A DNA stretch of 64,000 bases from Gammaproteobacteria bacterium (GTDB taxonomy: Bacteria; Pseudomonadota; Gammaproteobacteria; Ga0077536): positions 192,001 to 256,000 of the forward strand of contig CAXXLL010000003.1 in NCBI GenBank assembly GCA_963662545.2, given 5' to 3'. Made by a program: the position numbers and the translations under genes. Below are positions 1-9,509 of the stretch, piece by piece (within the stretch, counting starts at the first letter, position 1; each line of letters starts with the position of its first letter). The notes beneath the pieces were generated by a model that did not search any database, was not told where the DNA came from, and was given only the letters and a program-made list of their open reading frames with translations.

Positions 1-1
1 G

Positions 2-754
2 AACGACTCGACATTCGACCGCGTCATCCGCTTTGAGGGCGCCAAAAACGTACGCGATCTCGGCGGCCTTGCGACCGTTTCCGGTGCCAGCACCCGCTAC
101 GGCTCGGTCTATCGCAGCGACGGCCTGTCGCGTCTGACCGACGGCGACCTGGAAGTCCTTGCCGACCTCGAGATCCGTTCGATCATCGATCTCCGCTATG
201 ACGAAGAACGCGAGCGAGCGCCCGATCGCCTACCGACGGATCACTCGATCGAGGTGTTCGTCCGCGGATTTCTCCCAAAGGGCTCCCGCAAGATGTTCGA
301 CGGCGTGAACAACCGGGGCGCTGATGCCGATACCGCTTTCGAACTCATGCGCAGCAACTACGCCCGCATCCCCTACGAACACGCGACCGAATTCAGGGAC
401 ATCATGCATTACGTCATTCAACCGGGCGCCGCGCCACACCTCATCCACTGCACGAGCGGTAAGGACCGCACGGGCATCGTTACCGCCTTCATCTTGCTGG
501 CGGTAGGCGTGTCGGTAGGCGAGGTCGTCGCCGATTACGAATTAAGCAACGGCGAGTGGCAGCCGGTCGACCTGTTCGGGCCAAAAGCCAAACCCGAGGC
601 GGTCGACATGGTGATGTCCGCACGGCCCGAATACATCCTCGCCGCAATCGAGGCGATCGATCGCCAAAGCGGCTCATTCGATGCTTATCTGCGGGAATCC
701 CTCGCGTTTGAGACGCACGAGCGCGAGACGCTCAGAAGCTTGATGCTGGATTGA
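2..754 (+). CDS. Tyrosine-protein phosphatase (PtpB/LipA-like, Y_phosphatase3), start at or just before window edge
   Basis: Frame from base 2 reads NDSTFDRVIRFEGAKNVRDLGG...VYRSD...IIDLR and joins the 254..754 ORF; catalytic loop HCTSGKDRTG; DYELSN. Confidence 0.9.
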   Translation, partial: NDSTFDRVIRFEGAKNVRDLGGLATVSGASTRYGSVYRSDGLSRLTDGDLEVLADLEIRSIIDLRYDEERERAPDRLPTDHSIEVFVRGFLPKGSRKMFDGVNNRGADADTAFELMRSNYARIPYEHATEFRDIMHYVIQPGAAPHLIHCTSGKDRTGIVTAFILLAVGVSVGEVVADYELSNGEWQPVDLFGPKAKPEAVDMVMSARPEYILAAIEAIDRQSGSFDAYLRESLAFETHERETLRSLMLD

Positions 755-763
755 CCAACAGTC

Positions 764-1591
764 TCAGTTGAGGATGCTTGCCATCCGTCCCCGCCATGTG
801 TTTACGCGGGCGTCGGATTCGAGCACGTTAAATATGTCGACCAGTGCTCGACGAATCGCGCCGCCGTGCCAATCCCGGTTTTCTGGAAGCAATTCGAGCA
901 GTGTGTCGACAGATGCGTCGAAATTACCGGCCACGGCGTCGCCGACCGCGCCGACGAACTGCTGACTGACCTCATCGGTCGCAGCGCTGATTTCAGCGGC
1001 GGCATCGACGAGATTGAGACGGGACGCGATGCGGGCGACGACCTGGTCGGCGGCAATGTCGACGGGCAGGCCTGAAATGAGCGACCTCGCATCCTCGATC
1101 CGATCCTCGCCAAGGTATAGCTCTACCAGCCGGGGATGAACGCGATAATCGCCGGGATCGATCGCAAGCGCTTCTTCGAGCGCTTGAATCGCTGCGGAGC
1201 TATCCCCGGACTCGAGTGCAGTGCGCGCCGATTCCAGTAATTCGTCGGTAACTTTGGGAAGGTAAGGCGCGACGAATTTTTCGAGTGCCGATAGCGGTTG
1301 CGCGCCGACCATTTGATCGACCACTTCGCCATCGCGGAACAACATCAAGGTCGGCAAACTGCGGATCCCATAGCGGCTGCCGAGTTCCGGCTCCGTGTCG
1401 GTATCCACCTTGACCACGCTCAGTGAATCCTCCAGATCCCCAGCCAGTTCTTCGACGAGCGGGCTCAGCGAATGGCACGGTCCACACCAGTCCGCCCAGA
1501 AATCGACCAGCACGGGCCGTTCGTGCGAACGCTCGATGACGGCGGACGCAAAGTTGTCGCTGTCCGCGGCCACCACGTGGGAACTTGCCAT
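764..1591 (-). CDS. cnoX: Thioredoxin-domain/TPR chaperedoxin (YbbN/CnoX)
   Basis: VLVDFWADWCGPC thioredoxin site followed by helical TPR-like region; ATG at 1591 (MASSHVV). Confidence 0.88.
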   Translation of the reverse strand: MASSHVVAADSDNFASAVIERSHERPVLVDFWADWCGPCHSLSPLVEELAGDLEDSLSVVKVDTDTEPELGSRYGIRSLPTLMLFRDGEVVDQMVGAQPLSALEKFVAPYLPKVTDELLESARTALESGDSSAAIQALEEALAIDPGDYRVHPRLVELYLGEDRIEDARSLISGLPVDIAADQVVARIASRLNLVDAAAEISAATDEVSQQFVGAVGDAVAGNFDASVDTLLELLPENRDWHGGAIRRALVDIFNVLESDARVNTWRGRMASILN

Positions 1592-1672
1592 AGCCGCCAC
1601 CCCGGGGACATGGTGTCGGACGTAGATTATGGGGCTTAGATTTGGAGATTCAACTACCACGTAAACGACGCC

Positions 1673-1735
1673 ACCGTTCGAGCGCGCTTGCGCGCGAATC
1701 GGCTAAGAAATCGCGCGCAAGCGCGCTCGCACGGT
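1673..1735. repeat. REP-like inverted doublet
   Basis: accgttcgagcgcgcttgcgcgcga (1673-1697) and tcgcgcgcaagcgcgctcgcacggt (1711-1735) are reverse complements at 24/25 positions; each arm is internally palindromic. Confidence 0.75.
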
Positions 1736-1774
1736 ACGCTCGATCTCGTTGGGACCATTTGCCAGCGAATAATA

Positions 1775-3235
1775 TTAGTCCGCTTCGGAGATGAGCCGAT
1801 CGCGCACTTCGCGCCTCAAGATCTTGTTGGCCGCGCTTTTCGGCAGTTCGGGCCACTGCGTGATGTCCTTGGGCCGTTTGTAATTGGCGAGGTGGTCGCG
1901 CACGTGCTGCATCAGCGCATCGGTGTCGAGGCCAGCGCGACCGGCGATCACGGCATGGATGCGATCCCCCCATTTTTCGTCCGGCAGGCCAACGACCGCG
2001 GCTTCCACGACGCCGTCGAAACCCATCAAGACGTCCTCGACCTCGCGCGGGTACACGTTGTAGCCACCCGAGATCAACATATCGTTCTTGCGGTCGACCA
2101 GGAAATAAAAACCGTCGTCGTCACGGTAACCGACGTCGCCAGTGTGCAGCCAGCCGTTGCGAAACACCTTTTCGGTCTGTTCCGGGCGGTTCCAATAGTA
2201 GGCCATCGTTTGCGGACCGCGGCATACAATTTCTCCCACCTGGCCGGCGGCAAGCGGCTGGTCGTCATCATCGAACACGGCGCATTCGACGAACGTGAAC
2301 GGCCGCCCGCACGAGCCTTCGCGATCGTGGTCCTCCGGGCTCAGACAGGTGATCAGCATCGGGCTTTCGGCCTGCCCGTAGCACTGCGCGAAGATACGGC
2401 CGAAACGTCGTTCGGCCCGTTGCAGCAGACTCGGCGCGATCGGTGACGCACCGTAGGCGATCTTTCTCAGGGCGAATTCGGCGTCGTCAAGACTCGGCTG
2501 CTCAAGAATCATCGCGAGCATGGTCGGTACCAGAAACGTATGGCTCGCCCGCTCTTGAGAGGCCAGTTCGATGAACGCCGCGGCGTCGAACTTCTTCATG
2601 ACCAGCGAGCGCACGCCCCGGGACAGGGCTGGCAGGAAAAATGCCCCCGACGCATGCGCGATCGGCGCCGCGTGAAGAAAGGTATCGCCTTGCGCGAGAT
2701 CGGGTACGAGATCGATCAGAAAGCCGGACAGTTCGGCGAGTTCACCCCGCGTCGTCAAGGTGACCGCTTTAGCTTTACCGGTCGTGCCACCGGTAAAGCC
2801 CAGGCGCAGCGGCTGGTCCATTTCACGATCGATCGCGCAGGGTGTCTCGTCCGCGTACTGCAGCATGTCGGCGAATTCGTCGCGTCCGATCGAAATCCCG
2901 ATTTGAATGCCTTCGATGTCGTCGTGGATGACCGCGCGGCTACCGCTGTCTTCGAGTTTGTACTGGTGATTTTCGAGGGTCTCACGCGTATTCATGCCGA
3001 CGCGCACGAGACCGGCCTTGGCCAGCGCGTAATAGGCGATCAGACACTCGATGCTGTTGGGCAGCAGAACGCCCACGCGCTCACCGGGTTCGAGACCGCT
3101 TGCGAGCAGTGCATTGCCGAGGACGTCCGTCAGGCGGTCGAATTCCCTGAAGCTGACGTCGCGCCCTTCTTCGGTTAGGCAGATGGCGTCGCCATAGTAG
3201 AGCGCGGCGCGGCGTATAAGTGAGCCGATTTGCAT
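1775..3235 (-). CDS. AMP-binding long-chain-fatty-acid/acyl-CoA ligase
   Basis: FTGGTTGKAK, YGQAE, GWLHTGD, DRKNDMLISGGYNVYPREVE, LPKSAANK motifs; likely start MQIGSLIRR at 3235. Confidence 0.9.
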   Translation of the reverse strand: MQIGSLIRRAALYYGDAICLTEEGRDVSFREFDRLTDVLGNALLASGLEPGERVGVLLPNSIECLIAYYALAKAGLVRVGMNTRETLENHQYKLEDSGSRAVIHDDIEGIQIGISIGRDEFADMLQYADETPCAIDREMDQPLRLGFTGGTTGKAKAVTLTTRGELAELSGFLIDLVPDLAQGDTFLHAAPIAHASGAFFLPALSRGVRSLVMKKFDAAAFIELASQERASHTFLVPTMLAMILEQPSLDDAEFALRKIAYGASPIAPSLLQRAERRFGRIFAQCYGQAESPMLITCLSPEDHDREGSCGRPFTFVECAVFDDDDQPLAAGQVGEIVCRGPQTMAYYWNRPEQTEKVFRNGWLHTGDVGYRDDDGFYFLVDRKNDMLISGGYNVYPREVEDVLMGFDGVVEAAVVGLPDEKWGDRIHAVIAGRAGLDTDALMQHVRDHLANYKRPKDITQWPELPKSAANKILRREVRDRLISEAD

Positions 3236-3542
3236 GATTTGATGCTCCTGGTGGGCGGTGCCCGTTCGCATCAGGCACATGCATCGAGATGCTTCGCGAT
3301 TATAGCGGGAAGTGGCCAGCCCGGATTTCTCACGACAATCTATTGAGAGGGCGTTTAGATACCGCCTTAATATCGAGGTCCCCTCGAAGCCGGCCGGCAT
3401 GGTCTCAGGCTTTCGGTTGTAGGACAATCGAAAGCCGCCAACGCGATCGGCGGCGTCGGGACGATCACTAACTGAGCGATAGCGACGAACGCATGACGGA
3501 CCGCGTTGTTTCTCCGATCCAGGTCACCAGTGACTCAAAAGA

Positions 3543-4502
3543 ATGGACACCACCACGACTAAACTGATTGCCGGCAGCCTGCGCGACCCGTACTGCGGCT
3601 TCAGCATCGGCTGTCTCGGGGCGCTGGCGGAATTCCAGGACCCCGGCGCTTTTGCGCCGGCGGCCACCGGCAACGGAACACTCGCGGCCTTCAGCGATCG
3701 CGGCGCAATCCGGATCGAACCCGCCGTTGCCGCTTCAGCGGTCGCTTACGAAGCCTTATCCGCGGCGAAAGATGCTTGGCAATGCGGCATCGTGCTCGTG
3801 ACTGCGCCTGACGCCAGATCCGGCCAGGCAAGGGAAGTCTTGACCGAGCTGCCACCGGACGCCGACGCCATTCGCGAATGCGATCGACAAAGTCTGATGT
3901 TCGACCTGGGCGTCGGCATGCCCAACGTCGATTACTGCATCCGCACGGACGATGCAGATTTGATCGCCTTTCTTCGCCATCACACGGGCACGCCCGTGAC
4001 GGAGGACGGACATCCGGTGCTGGAGCGGATCGTCGATGCCAGTCCCCATCGCGTCGCGGTATCCGCGATCGGCCGCATTGAGGTCTACCAGCGCATCGAT
4101 TGGCACAAAACCCCGAGCGGTCCGCATACGCACCTGCTGCCCGACTTGCTGTCGAAACACCGCACACATTCGACGAACATTCCCGTTCCGAAAGGGGCCC
4201 TGCCGCTGCTGACCGTGCACCCCGACAACCCGTTGACGGATGCCGAAGGTCGGCGGAAACCGTTCGCCAGGCGCGCCTTCGATGCCTTCGAAAATATTCT
4301 GAACACCCACGGGGTTCCGTATTACGTGGCAGAAAAGCGCCGGCTACGGGCGGCCGTTGCCAACGGACAAGCCCCCGGTAACTACCACAAACCGGACACC
4401 CGTCTCGGACGCCTCGCGATGCGGATCGCACTGCGCCAGCTGCTGCATCTACCGCCGCAAGGCGCCGACATCGGCGCGTGGATCAAGGTGTTTCGAACGT
4501 GA
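3543..4502 (+). CDS. Hypothetical protein
   Basis: 319 aa ATG ORF, first of three co-oriented, closely spaced genes; TPSGPHTHLLP motif; no family recognised. Confidence 0.7.
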   Translation: MDTTTTKLIAGSLRDPYCGFSIGCLGALAEFQDPGAFAPAATGNGTLAAFSDRGAIRIEPAVAASAVAYEALSAAKDAWQCGIVLVTAPDARSGQAREVLTELPPDADAIRECDRQSLMFDLGVGMPNVDYCIRTDDADLIAFLRHHTGTPVTEDGHPVLERIVDASPHRVAVSAIGRIEVYQRIDWHKTPSGPHTHLLPDLLSKHRTHSTNIPVPKGALPLLTVHPDNPLTDAEGRRKPFARRAFDAFENILNTHGVPYYVAEKRRLRAAVANGQAPGNYHKPDTRLGRLAMRIALRQLLHLPPQGADIGAWIKVFRT

Positions 4503-4503
4503 C

Positions 4504-5049
4504 ATGAGTCGCCTGACAAGGTTCCGGCTTCTGTGTTGCGCCGTCACGCTGAGCACGGCTTTGGGCGCTGTGACCCTCGCGGCGCAGGAAGATACGGTGC
4601 CGCCCTTCACTTTTGACAAGCCGACCTTTATGTCAGCCGCCCAGGTTTCGAAATCACTCATGGGTTCGACCTATGCATACACCGCACGCGCCTCTGGCAG
4701 GGCGACGCGTCTGCTGATTACCATCATGCGGGTCGACGAGGTTCGTGCGCGGTTCGCGGAAATGTCGGACGTTCAGTGCATCAATTTATTTCTCGAAGAG
4801 ATCCGAAGCGCGCACGAAGGTTTTTTCGTGGTCACCATGGCGCGGCCACTGGCCGTGGGGTCGGTGGAATTTCTCCGTTTTCGGTGGACCGGTGAGAAAT
4901 CCGGTAAAGCGATGACCGGGGTGCTCAGCTGCGGCGAATTGCAGGGCTACTACTACGTCGTACATTTCGTCGACGAGCTGCGCGCCGCAACGCGATCGTT
5001 CCCGGCGATCCGGGCGAGTTTGAAAACCCTCGCGCCGCGCGGCAGCTGA
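4504..5049 (+). CDS. Hypothetical exported protein
   Basis: ATG 1 nt after previous stop; signal-peptide-like N-terminus MSRLTRFRLLCCAVTLSTALGAVTLAAQE. Confidence 0.65.
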   Translation: MSRLTRFRLLCCAVTLSTALGAVTLAAQEDTVPPFTFDKPTFMSAAQVSKSLMGSTYAYTARASGRATRLLITIMRVDEVRARFAEMSDVQCINLFLEEIRSAHEGFFVVTMARPLAVGSVEFLRFRWTGEKSGKAMTGVLSCGELQGYYYVVHFVDELRAATRSFPAIRASLKTLAPRGS

Positions 5050-5060
5050 GACCGAGCGCC

Positions 5061-5795
5061 TTGCCCGGCCGCCAATACCGTTATTACGAATTGTTGATGG
5101 CGGGTTTCGTCACGGTGCTGCTGTGCTCGAATCTGATCGGTACCGCGAAAGTCTGTGAAATCGAGTTGCCCTTCGTGCTGCCCCTGATCGGCGCGAGCCT
5201 GGTCTTCGGCGCGGGGAATATCTTCTTTCCCATCAGCTATATCTTCGGCGACATCTTGACCGAGGTATACGGTTACGCGCGGGCAAGGAAAGTGATCTGG
5301 GCGGGTTTCGGCGCGCTGATATTCGCAGCGGTCATGGCGCAGGTCATCATCCACCTGCCGTCGAGCGCGGCCGAGCCCTTCAACGCCACCCTGCAGCCGG
5401 CCCTCGAGACCGTGTTCGGATCGACCTGGCGCATCGTAATCGCCTCTATCCTCGCGTTCTGGATCGGCGATTTTGTCAATGCCTACGTGATGGCGCGCAT
5501 GAAAATCTGGACCCACGGGCGCTATTTGTGGACGCGGACGATCGGGTCCACGATTCTCGGACAGGGCGTCGACAGCCTGGTGTTTTACCCGATCGCGTTT
5601 TACGGGATCTGGAACACAGAGAATCTGTTTAACGTGCTGATGTTCAATTTCGTCTTCAAGACGACGGTCGAAGCCCTAATGACACCAGCGACTTACGCGG
5701 CCGTTGCCTACCTCAAACGGGCGGAAGGCGAGGATTACTACGACCACAAGACCAATTTCACGCCCTTCTCTCTCGATACTGACTCACGCAATTAA
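5061..5795 (+). CDS. yhhQ: Queuosine precursor transporter (YhhQ/VUT family)
   Basis: SNLIGTAK, FPISYIFGDILTEVYGYARARKVIW, LWTRTIGSTILGQGVDS motifs; multi-TM. Confidence 0.9.
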   Translation: MPGRQYRYYELLMAGFVTVLLCSNLIGTAKVCEIELPFVLPLIGASLVFGAGNIFFPISYIFGDILTEVYGYARARKVIWAGFGALIFAAVMAQVIIHLPSSAAEPFNATLQPALETVFGSTWRIVIASILAFWIGDFVNAYVMARMKIWTHGRYLWTRTIGSTILGQGVDSLVFYPIAFYGIWNTENLFNVLMFNFVFKTTVEALMTPATYAAVAYLKRAEGEDYYDHKTNFTPFSLDTDSRN

Positions 5796-5799
5796 TGAA

Positions 5800-6867
5800 T
5801 CAGGGGGGGGCCAGATCCGCCGTCGACAAACGCGTGAGGCTTCTGAGCCAACGGATCCCGAGTATCAACAGGCCGGCGATCGTCACCGAGCCGAACAAAA
5901 CGACCTGAATGGCCGTGGAGGTGACGATGCCGGCGGAGCTGCTGAATCCAAACGCCGTCATGGCAATGACGAACACGAGCTGATAGGTGCCGAGGTAACC
6001 GGGCGCGGTCGGCACGAGGGTGCTCAGCGAGGCCGCCCCCATGATTATCAAGGCATGGGAGATATCGAGCTGCACGCCGAACGCCTTGAACGCTTGGGAA
6101 AGTGCAAGCACCTCGAAAAACCATATCCCGATCGTGAGGACGGCGGCCAGCACGGCGGAATTGCGATTGAGCGTCGTCAAGCCGCGGCGAAAATCGGCGA
6201 ACACGACCAGCATCGGCGACGGCAGCTTGAATTTGCCGAGATTGCCGGAACGCACGATGAAGATGCCGAGCATGGTGAGGCCGATCACCGCTCCGGCATT
6301 CAGCGCGATCAGTTCGAAGGTGGGCAGACGGCCAGCATCGTCGATGACCCGAAACATCAATAGACCGATGACGAGGCAACTCAGGATCGCCACAAGATCA
6401 AGAAACCGTTCGATGACGATCGATCCGAAAACGCGCGCGCGGCCGATTTGCAGGCGGCGCTTGGCATAGGCGGCGCGCACAACTTCTCCCAGGCGGGCTG
6501 GTAGCACGTTGTTGACCGCATAGCCCACGATCAGGGTCTCCATTACCGGCAGCAGCGGAGCGGTTGCGATCTGCTTCAGAAGCAACTGCCAGCGAAACAC
6601 CCGGATCATGATGGCGACCCAGTACAACACCGCGGCAGACGCAATGACGGAAGGATCGAGCGAGGACGCGACCGTCTCCACCTCCGAGAAGTCGACGTTA
6701 CGCAGTGCGAGCCATAGAAACCCGGCGCCGATCGAAAGACCGAGCACCGCCATCAGGACGTTTTTGAAGGCCCTGCGAGAATTGCGGAAGATGGGGTCGG
6801 CGTCTAATAGAGCCCGTTCGCGCCGACTCTCAGCTGACCGGCGTTCTTCAATCGCATCCGGGAGCAT
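5800..6867 (-). CDS. Lysylphosphatidylglycerol-synthase-TM / flippase-like membrane protein (UPF0104)
   Basis: RVFRWQLLL, NNVLPARLGEVVRA, ERFLD, PTAPGYLGTYQ motifs. Confidence 0.85.
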   Translation of the reverse strand: MLPDAIEERRSAESRRERALLDADPIFRNSRRAFKNVLMAVLGLSIGAGFLWLALRNVDFSEVETVASSLDPSVIASAAVLYWVAIMIRVFRWQLLLKQIATAPLLPVMETLIVGYAVNNVLPARLGEVVRAAYAKRRLQIGRARVFGSIVIERFLDLVAILSCLVIGLLMFRVIDDAGRLPTFELIALNAGAVIGLTMLGIFIVRSGNLGKFKLPSPMLVVFADFRRGLTTLNRNSAVLAAVLTIGIWFFEVLALSQAFKAFGVQLDISHALIIMGAASLSTLVPTAPGYLGTYQLVFVIAMTAFGFSSSAGIVTSTAIQVVLFGSVTIAGLLILGIRWLRSLTRLSTADLAPP

Positions 6868-6870
6868 CGG

Positions 6871-7638
6871 TCAGGGATTCACGCGAAATTTGAACAAATA
6901 CCAGAGGGCTTTGACTCCGTCTTTCCAATCGATCTTCTTACCCTCGTCATAGGTACGCCCGTAATACGAAATACCCATTTCGTAGATGCGCCACTTGCGC
7001 GCCAGTGCGACCTGGGCGCTGAACTGCACTTCGAAACCAAAATCGTTGGCCGTGATCCGCAGCGATTCCAGGACCTCGCGCGTGAACATCTTGTAACACA
7101 CCTCGATGTCCGTCAGCTGCTGATTGTAGAGTGCGTTGAAGATAAAGGAGATGAGCCGGTTAGCCATGAAATGATGAAAATACAGGGCGCGGTGCGGCCT
7201 GCCAAAAAAACGAGAGCCGTAGACGACGTCGGCCACTTCGCGCTCCACGATGAGTGCGTACATTTCCGCCCAGTCCGCAGGGTCGTATTCGAGATCCGCA
7301 TCCTGGATGATGATGACCTCGCCGGTGGCGGCCGCAAGTCCGGTCTGCAATGCCCCGCCCTTGCCCTTATTGGTCTCGTGATACAACACGCGAATATTGA
7401 ACGCCGCGTCTCCCGCGACCTGCGTGATATGACCGTCCTCGTCGACCTCGAGCGCGCCGTCGCGGCATGCGATGCCGTCGACTCCCTCGCCCAGCCATTC
7501 GCGGGTGCCGTCGCTGGAACAATCATCGACAATGATGATCTCCTTTTCGACCTGGGGAATGGCGCCCGCAACTTTCACGAGACACGGACCGATCGTGTGC
7601 CGCTCGTTGTACGCTGGAATGATGACGCTGAGTTTCAT
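6871..7638 (-). CDS. Glycosyltransferase family 2 (polyprenol-phosphate glycosyltransferase, DPM1-like)
   Basis: LSVIIPAYNE, VDDCSSDGT, NKGKGGA, IIQDADLEYDP, VVYGSRF, EGKKIDWKDG. Confidence 0.9.
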   Translation of the reverse strand: MKLSVIIPAYNERHTIGPCLVKVAGAIPQVEKEIIIVDDCSSDGTREWLGEGVDGIACRDGALEVDEDGHITQVAGDAAFNIRVLYHETNKGKGGALQTGLAAATGEVIIIQDADLEYDPADWAEMYALIVEREVADVVYGSRFFGRPHRALYFHHFMANRLISFIFNALYNQQLTDIEVCYKMFTREVLESLRITANDFGFEVQFSAQVALARKWRIYEMGISYYGRTYDEGKKIDWKDGVKALWYLFKFRVNP

Positions 7639-7737
7639 TGTCGGATCGTTACCTCTTTCTCATTCTTCTGGATCGACCGCCGAGCGTCAACGCGCCGCGG
7701 CCCCGACGACATCGCGTCTGGCGTCGAATGCCGGTGC

Positions 7738-7771
7738 GAAAAAAAAGGGCAGCGGTTGGCTGCCCTTTCTT
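7738..7771 (-). terminator. Intrinsic terminator downstream of amtB
   Basis: aaagggcagc-ggttg-gctgcccttt stem-loop with a long T run on the minus strand. Confidence 0.75.
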
Positions 7772-7793
7772 CGTTGACCGCGCCTCGCCGGGA

Positions 7794-9116
7794 TCAGGCA
7801 GGATTCGTCGCAGCCCCCAGTGGTGCTTCGGACCGACGCGGCCCGCCCCCGGACGCCGGCGGCAGACCTTCTACGGCGCTCGTAAACTCGGGATAGGCCT
7901 GCAGTCCGCATTCCGCGAGATCGAGTCCTTCCAGTTCTTCGGCTTCGGAAACGCGGATCCCTACCGTCAGCTTGAGCACCAGCCAAACGGCGAATGACAT
8001 GGTGAACACCCACGTGACGATCGTCGCGATACCGATGAGCTGCACGACGAAGCTCGTATCCGCGTTGGTCAACGGTACGGCCATCAAGCCCCACATCCCG
8101 ACTATGCCGTGCGCCGAGATGGCGCCGACCGGATCGTCGCGGCGAATCTTATCGAGGCCCATGATCGAAAAGACCACGATGCACCCGCCGACCGCGCCGA
8201 TCAGAGTGGCGGCGAGCGGACTCGGCGTCAGCGGTTCGGCCGTGATCGCAACCAGCCCGGCGATCGCTCCGTTCAGCACCATGGTGAGGTCGGCTTTGCG
8301 AAATAGGAGGCGCGATACGATCGCCGCCATGACGGCACCGCCGGCCGCGGCCGTGTTGGTGTTCACGAACACCATGGCGACCGCGTTCGCCTCGCCGACG
8401 TCGGTTAGCTTGAGTTCTGATCCGCCGTTAAAGCCGAACCACCCCATCCACAGGATCAAGGTCCCCAGCGTTGCGAGCGGCAGATTGGCGCCCGGTAATG
8501 CGCGTATTTCACCGTTCCGGCCGTATTTCCCGAGGCGCGGTCCCAGCAGGAGCACACCCGCGAGCGCGGCACAGGCGCCGGTCAGGTGCACCACACCGGA
8601 ACCGGCGAAATCAGAGAAACCGAGTACGTCGAGAAAACCGCCACCCCATTTCCAGTATCCTTGGACCGGATAGATCACCGCGGTCATGACCACGGCGAAT
8701 CCCAGGAAAGACCAGAGCTTCATACGCTCTGCAATGGCGCCGGATACGATGGACATCGCGGTCGCGACGAACACGACCTGAAAGAAAAAGTCGGACAGCT
8801 TCGAATAATAGGGCGCGTCGTCGCCTGTGCCGAGCACGGCTTCAACGGTATTTTCCGCTCCGATCAGAAAACCCAGCGAGGGGATGACCGTACTCGCGGA
8901 TTCGCCGTACATGATCTGGTAGCCGCAGATCAGGTACATGATGCAGGCGATGCTGTAGAGCAATACGTTTTTGGTGAGAATTTCCGCCGTGTGTTTGGCT
9001 CTTGCCAGACCGGCTTCGAGCATGGCAAATCCCGCCGCCATCCACATGACCAAAGCACCCGACACCAGGAAGTAGAATGTATCGAGGGCATAACTGAGTT
9101 CTGTTACCGCATCCAT
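7794..9116 (-). CDS. amtB: Ammonium transporter
   Basis: GFAMLEAG, FFFQVVF, SGAIAER, DFAGSGVVH, GWFGFNGGS, DDPVGAISAHG. Confidence 0.95.
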   Translation of the reverse strand: MDAVTELSYALDTFYFLVSGALVMWMAAGFAMLEAGLARAKHTAEILTKNVLLYSIACIMYLICGYQIMYGESASTVIPSLGFLIGAENTVEAVLGTGDDAPYYSKLSDFFFQVVFVATAMSIVSGAIAERMKLWSFLGFAVVMTAVIYPVQGYWKWGGGFLDVLGFSDFAGSGVVHLTGACAALAGVLLLGPRLGKYGRNGEIRALPGANLPLATLGTLILWMGWFGFNGGSELKLTDVGEANAVAMVFVNTNTAAAGGAVMAAIVSRLLFRKADLTMVLNGAIAGLVAITAEPLTPSPLAATLIGAVGGCIVVFSIMGLDKIRRDDPVGAISAHGIVGMWGLMAVPLTNADTSFVVQLIGIATIVTWVFTMSFAVWLVLKLTVGIRVSEAEELEGLDLAECGLQAYPEFTSAVEGLPPASGGGPRRSEAPLGAATNPA

Positions 9117-9262
9117 AGAATCACCCTTTTTCGTTAACCTGTGCGCTTACGGCGCCCCTTGAAGATCTCGATACACTGCAGTGCGCCATTCGTAGCAATC
9201 TCGTACAAAACAGGTAAGTCATTGAAATTGAAAGGGAGACCTACCATTAAATCGATCGAAGA

Positions 9263-9309
9263 TGGGCATTAATGGTGCAAAAATCGGAAGTACGCACCCT
9301 TTTGCAGCG
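9263..9309. promoter_or_regulatory. Two degenerate NtrC-like boxes upstream of amtB
   Basis: TGGGCATTAATGGTGCA (9263-9279) and CGCACCCTTTTGCAGCG (9293-9309) partly match TGCACC-N5-GGTGCA, 30 bp apart. Confidence 0.4.
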
Positions 9310-9342
9310 GAGTGGGTTCGGGACGCGACCCGGCCGGCGCAT

Positions 9343-9369
9343 AAAAAAAAGCCCCGCAGGTGGCGGGGC
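9343..9369 (-). terminator. Intrinsic terminator with no upstream minus-strand CDS
   Basis: Minus strand GCCCCGC-CACCT-GCGGGGC-TTTTTTTT. Confidence 0.8.
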
Positions 9370-9450
9370 CTAATAAGAGGAGGCGTTGGGGTGTGAATAC
9401 GCTACGCTCCGGGCCCGGCTAAAACCGGAACTGCTTCGCTTTCGATGTTG
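9343..9450 (-). ncRNA. Candidate ~105 nt small RNA
   Basis: Orphan terminator preceded by CCUCCUCUU (anti-SD-like) tract; CACAAT -10-like hexamer near 9453-9458. Confidence 0.4.
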
Positions 9451-9509
9451 CAAATTGTGAACAATGGGCGGGCCTTTTCCAGTTCGCCTCACTCGAATAC
9501 CCGCACGCC

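Noticed and set aside
9170-9212. Sigma54 promoter for amtB
   Set aside because: Candidates TGGCGC... and TTGTACG...TTGC do not give GG-N10-GC
9376-9460. Plus-strand AGAGGAGG Shine-Dalgarno with a ~24-codon TTG ORF
   Set aside because: SD spacing too short and no coding features; better explained as the complement of the sRNA seed
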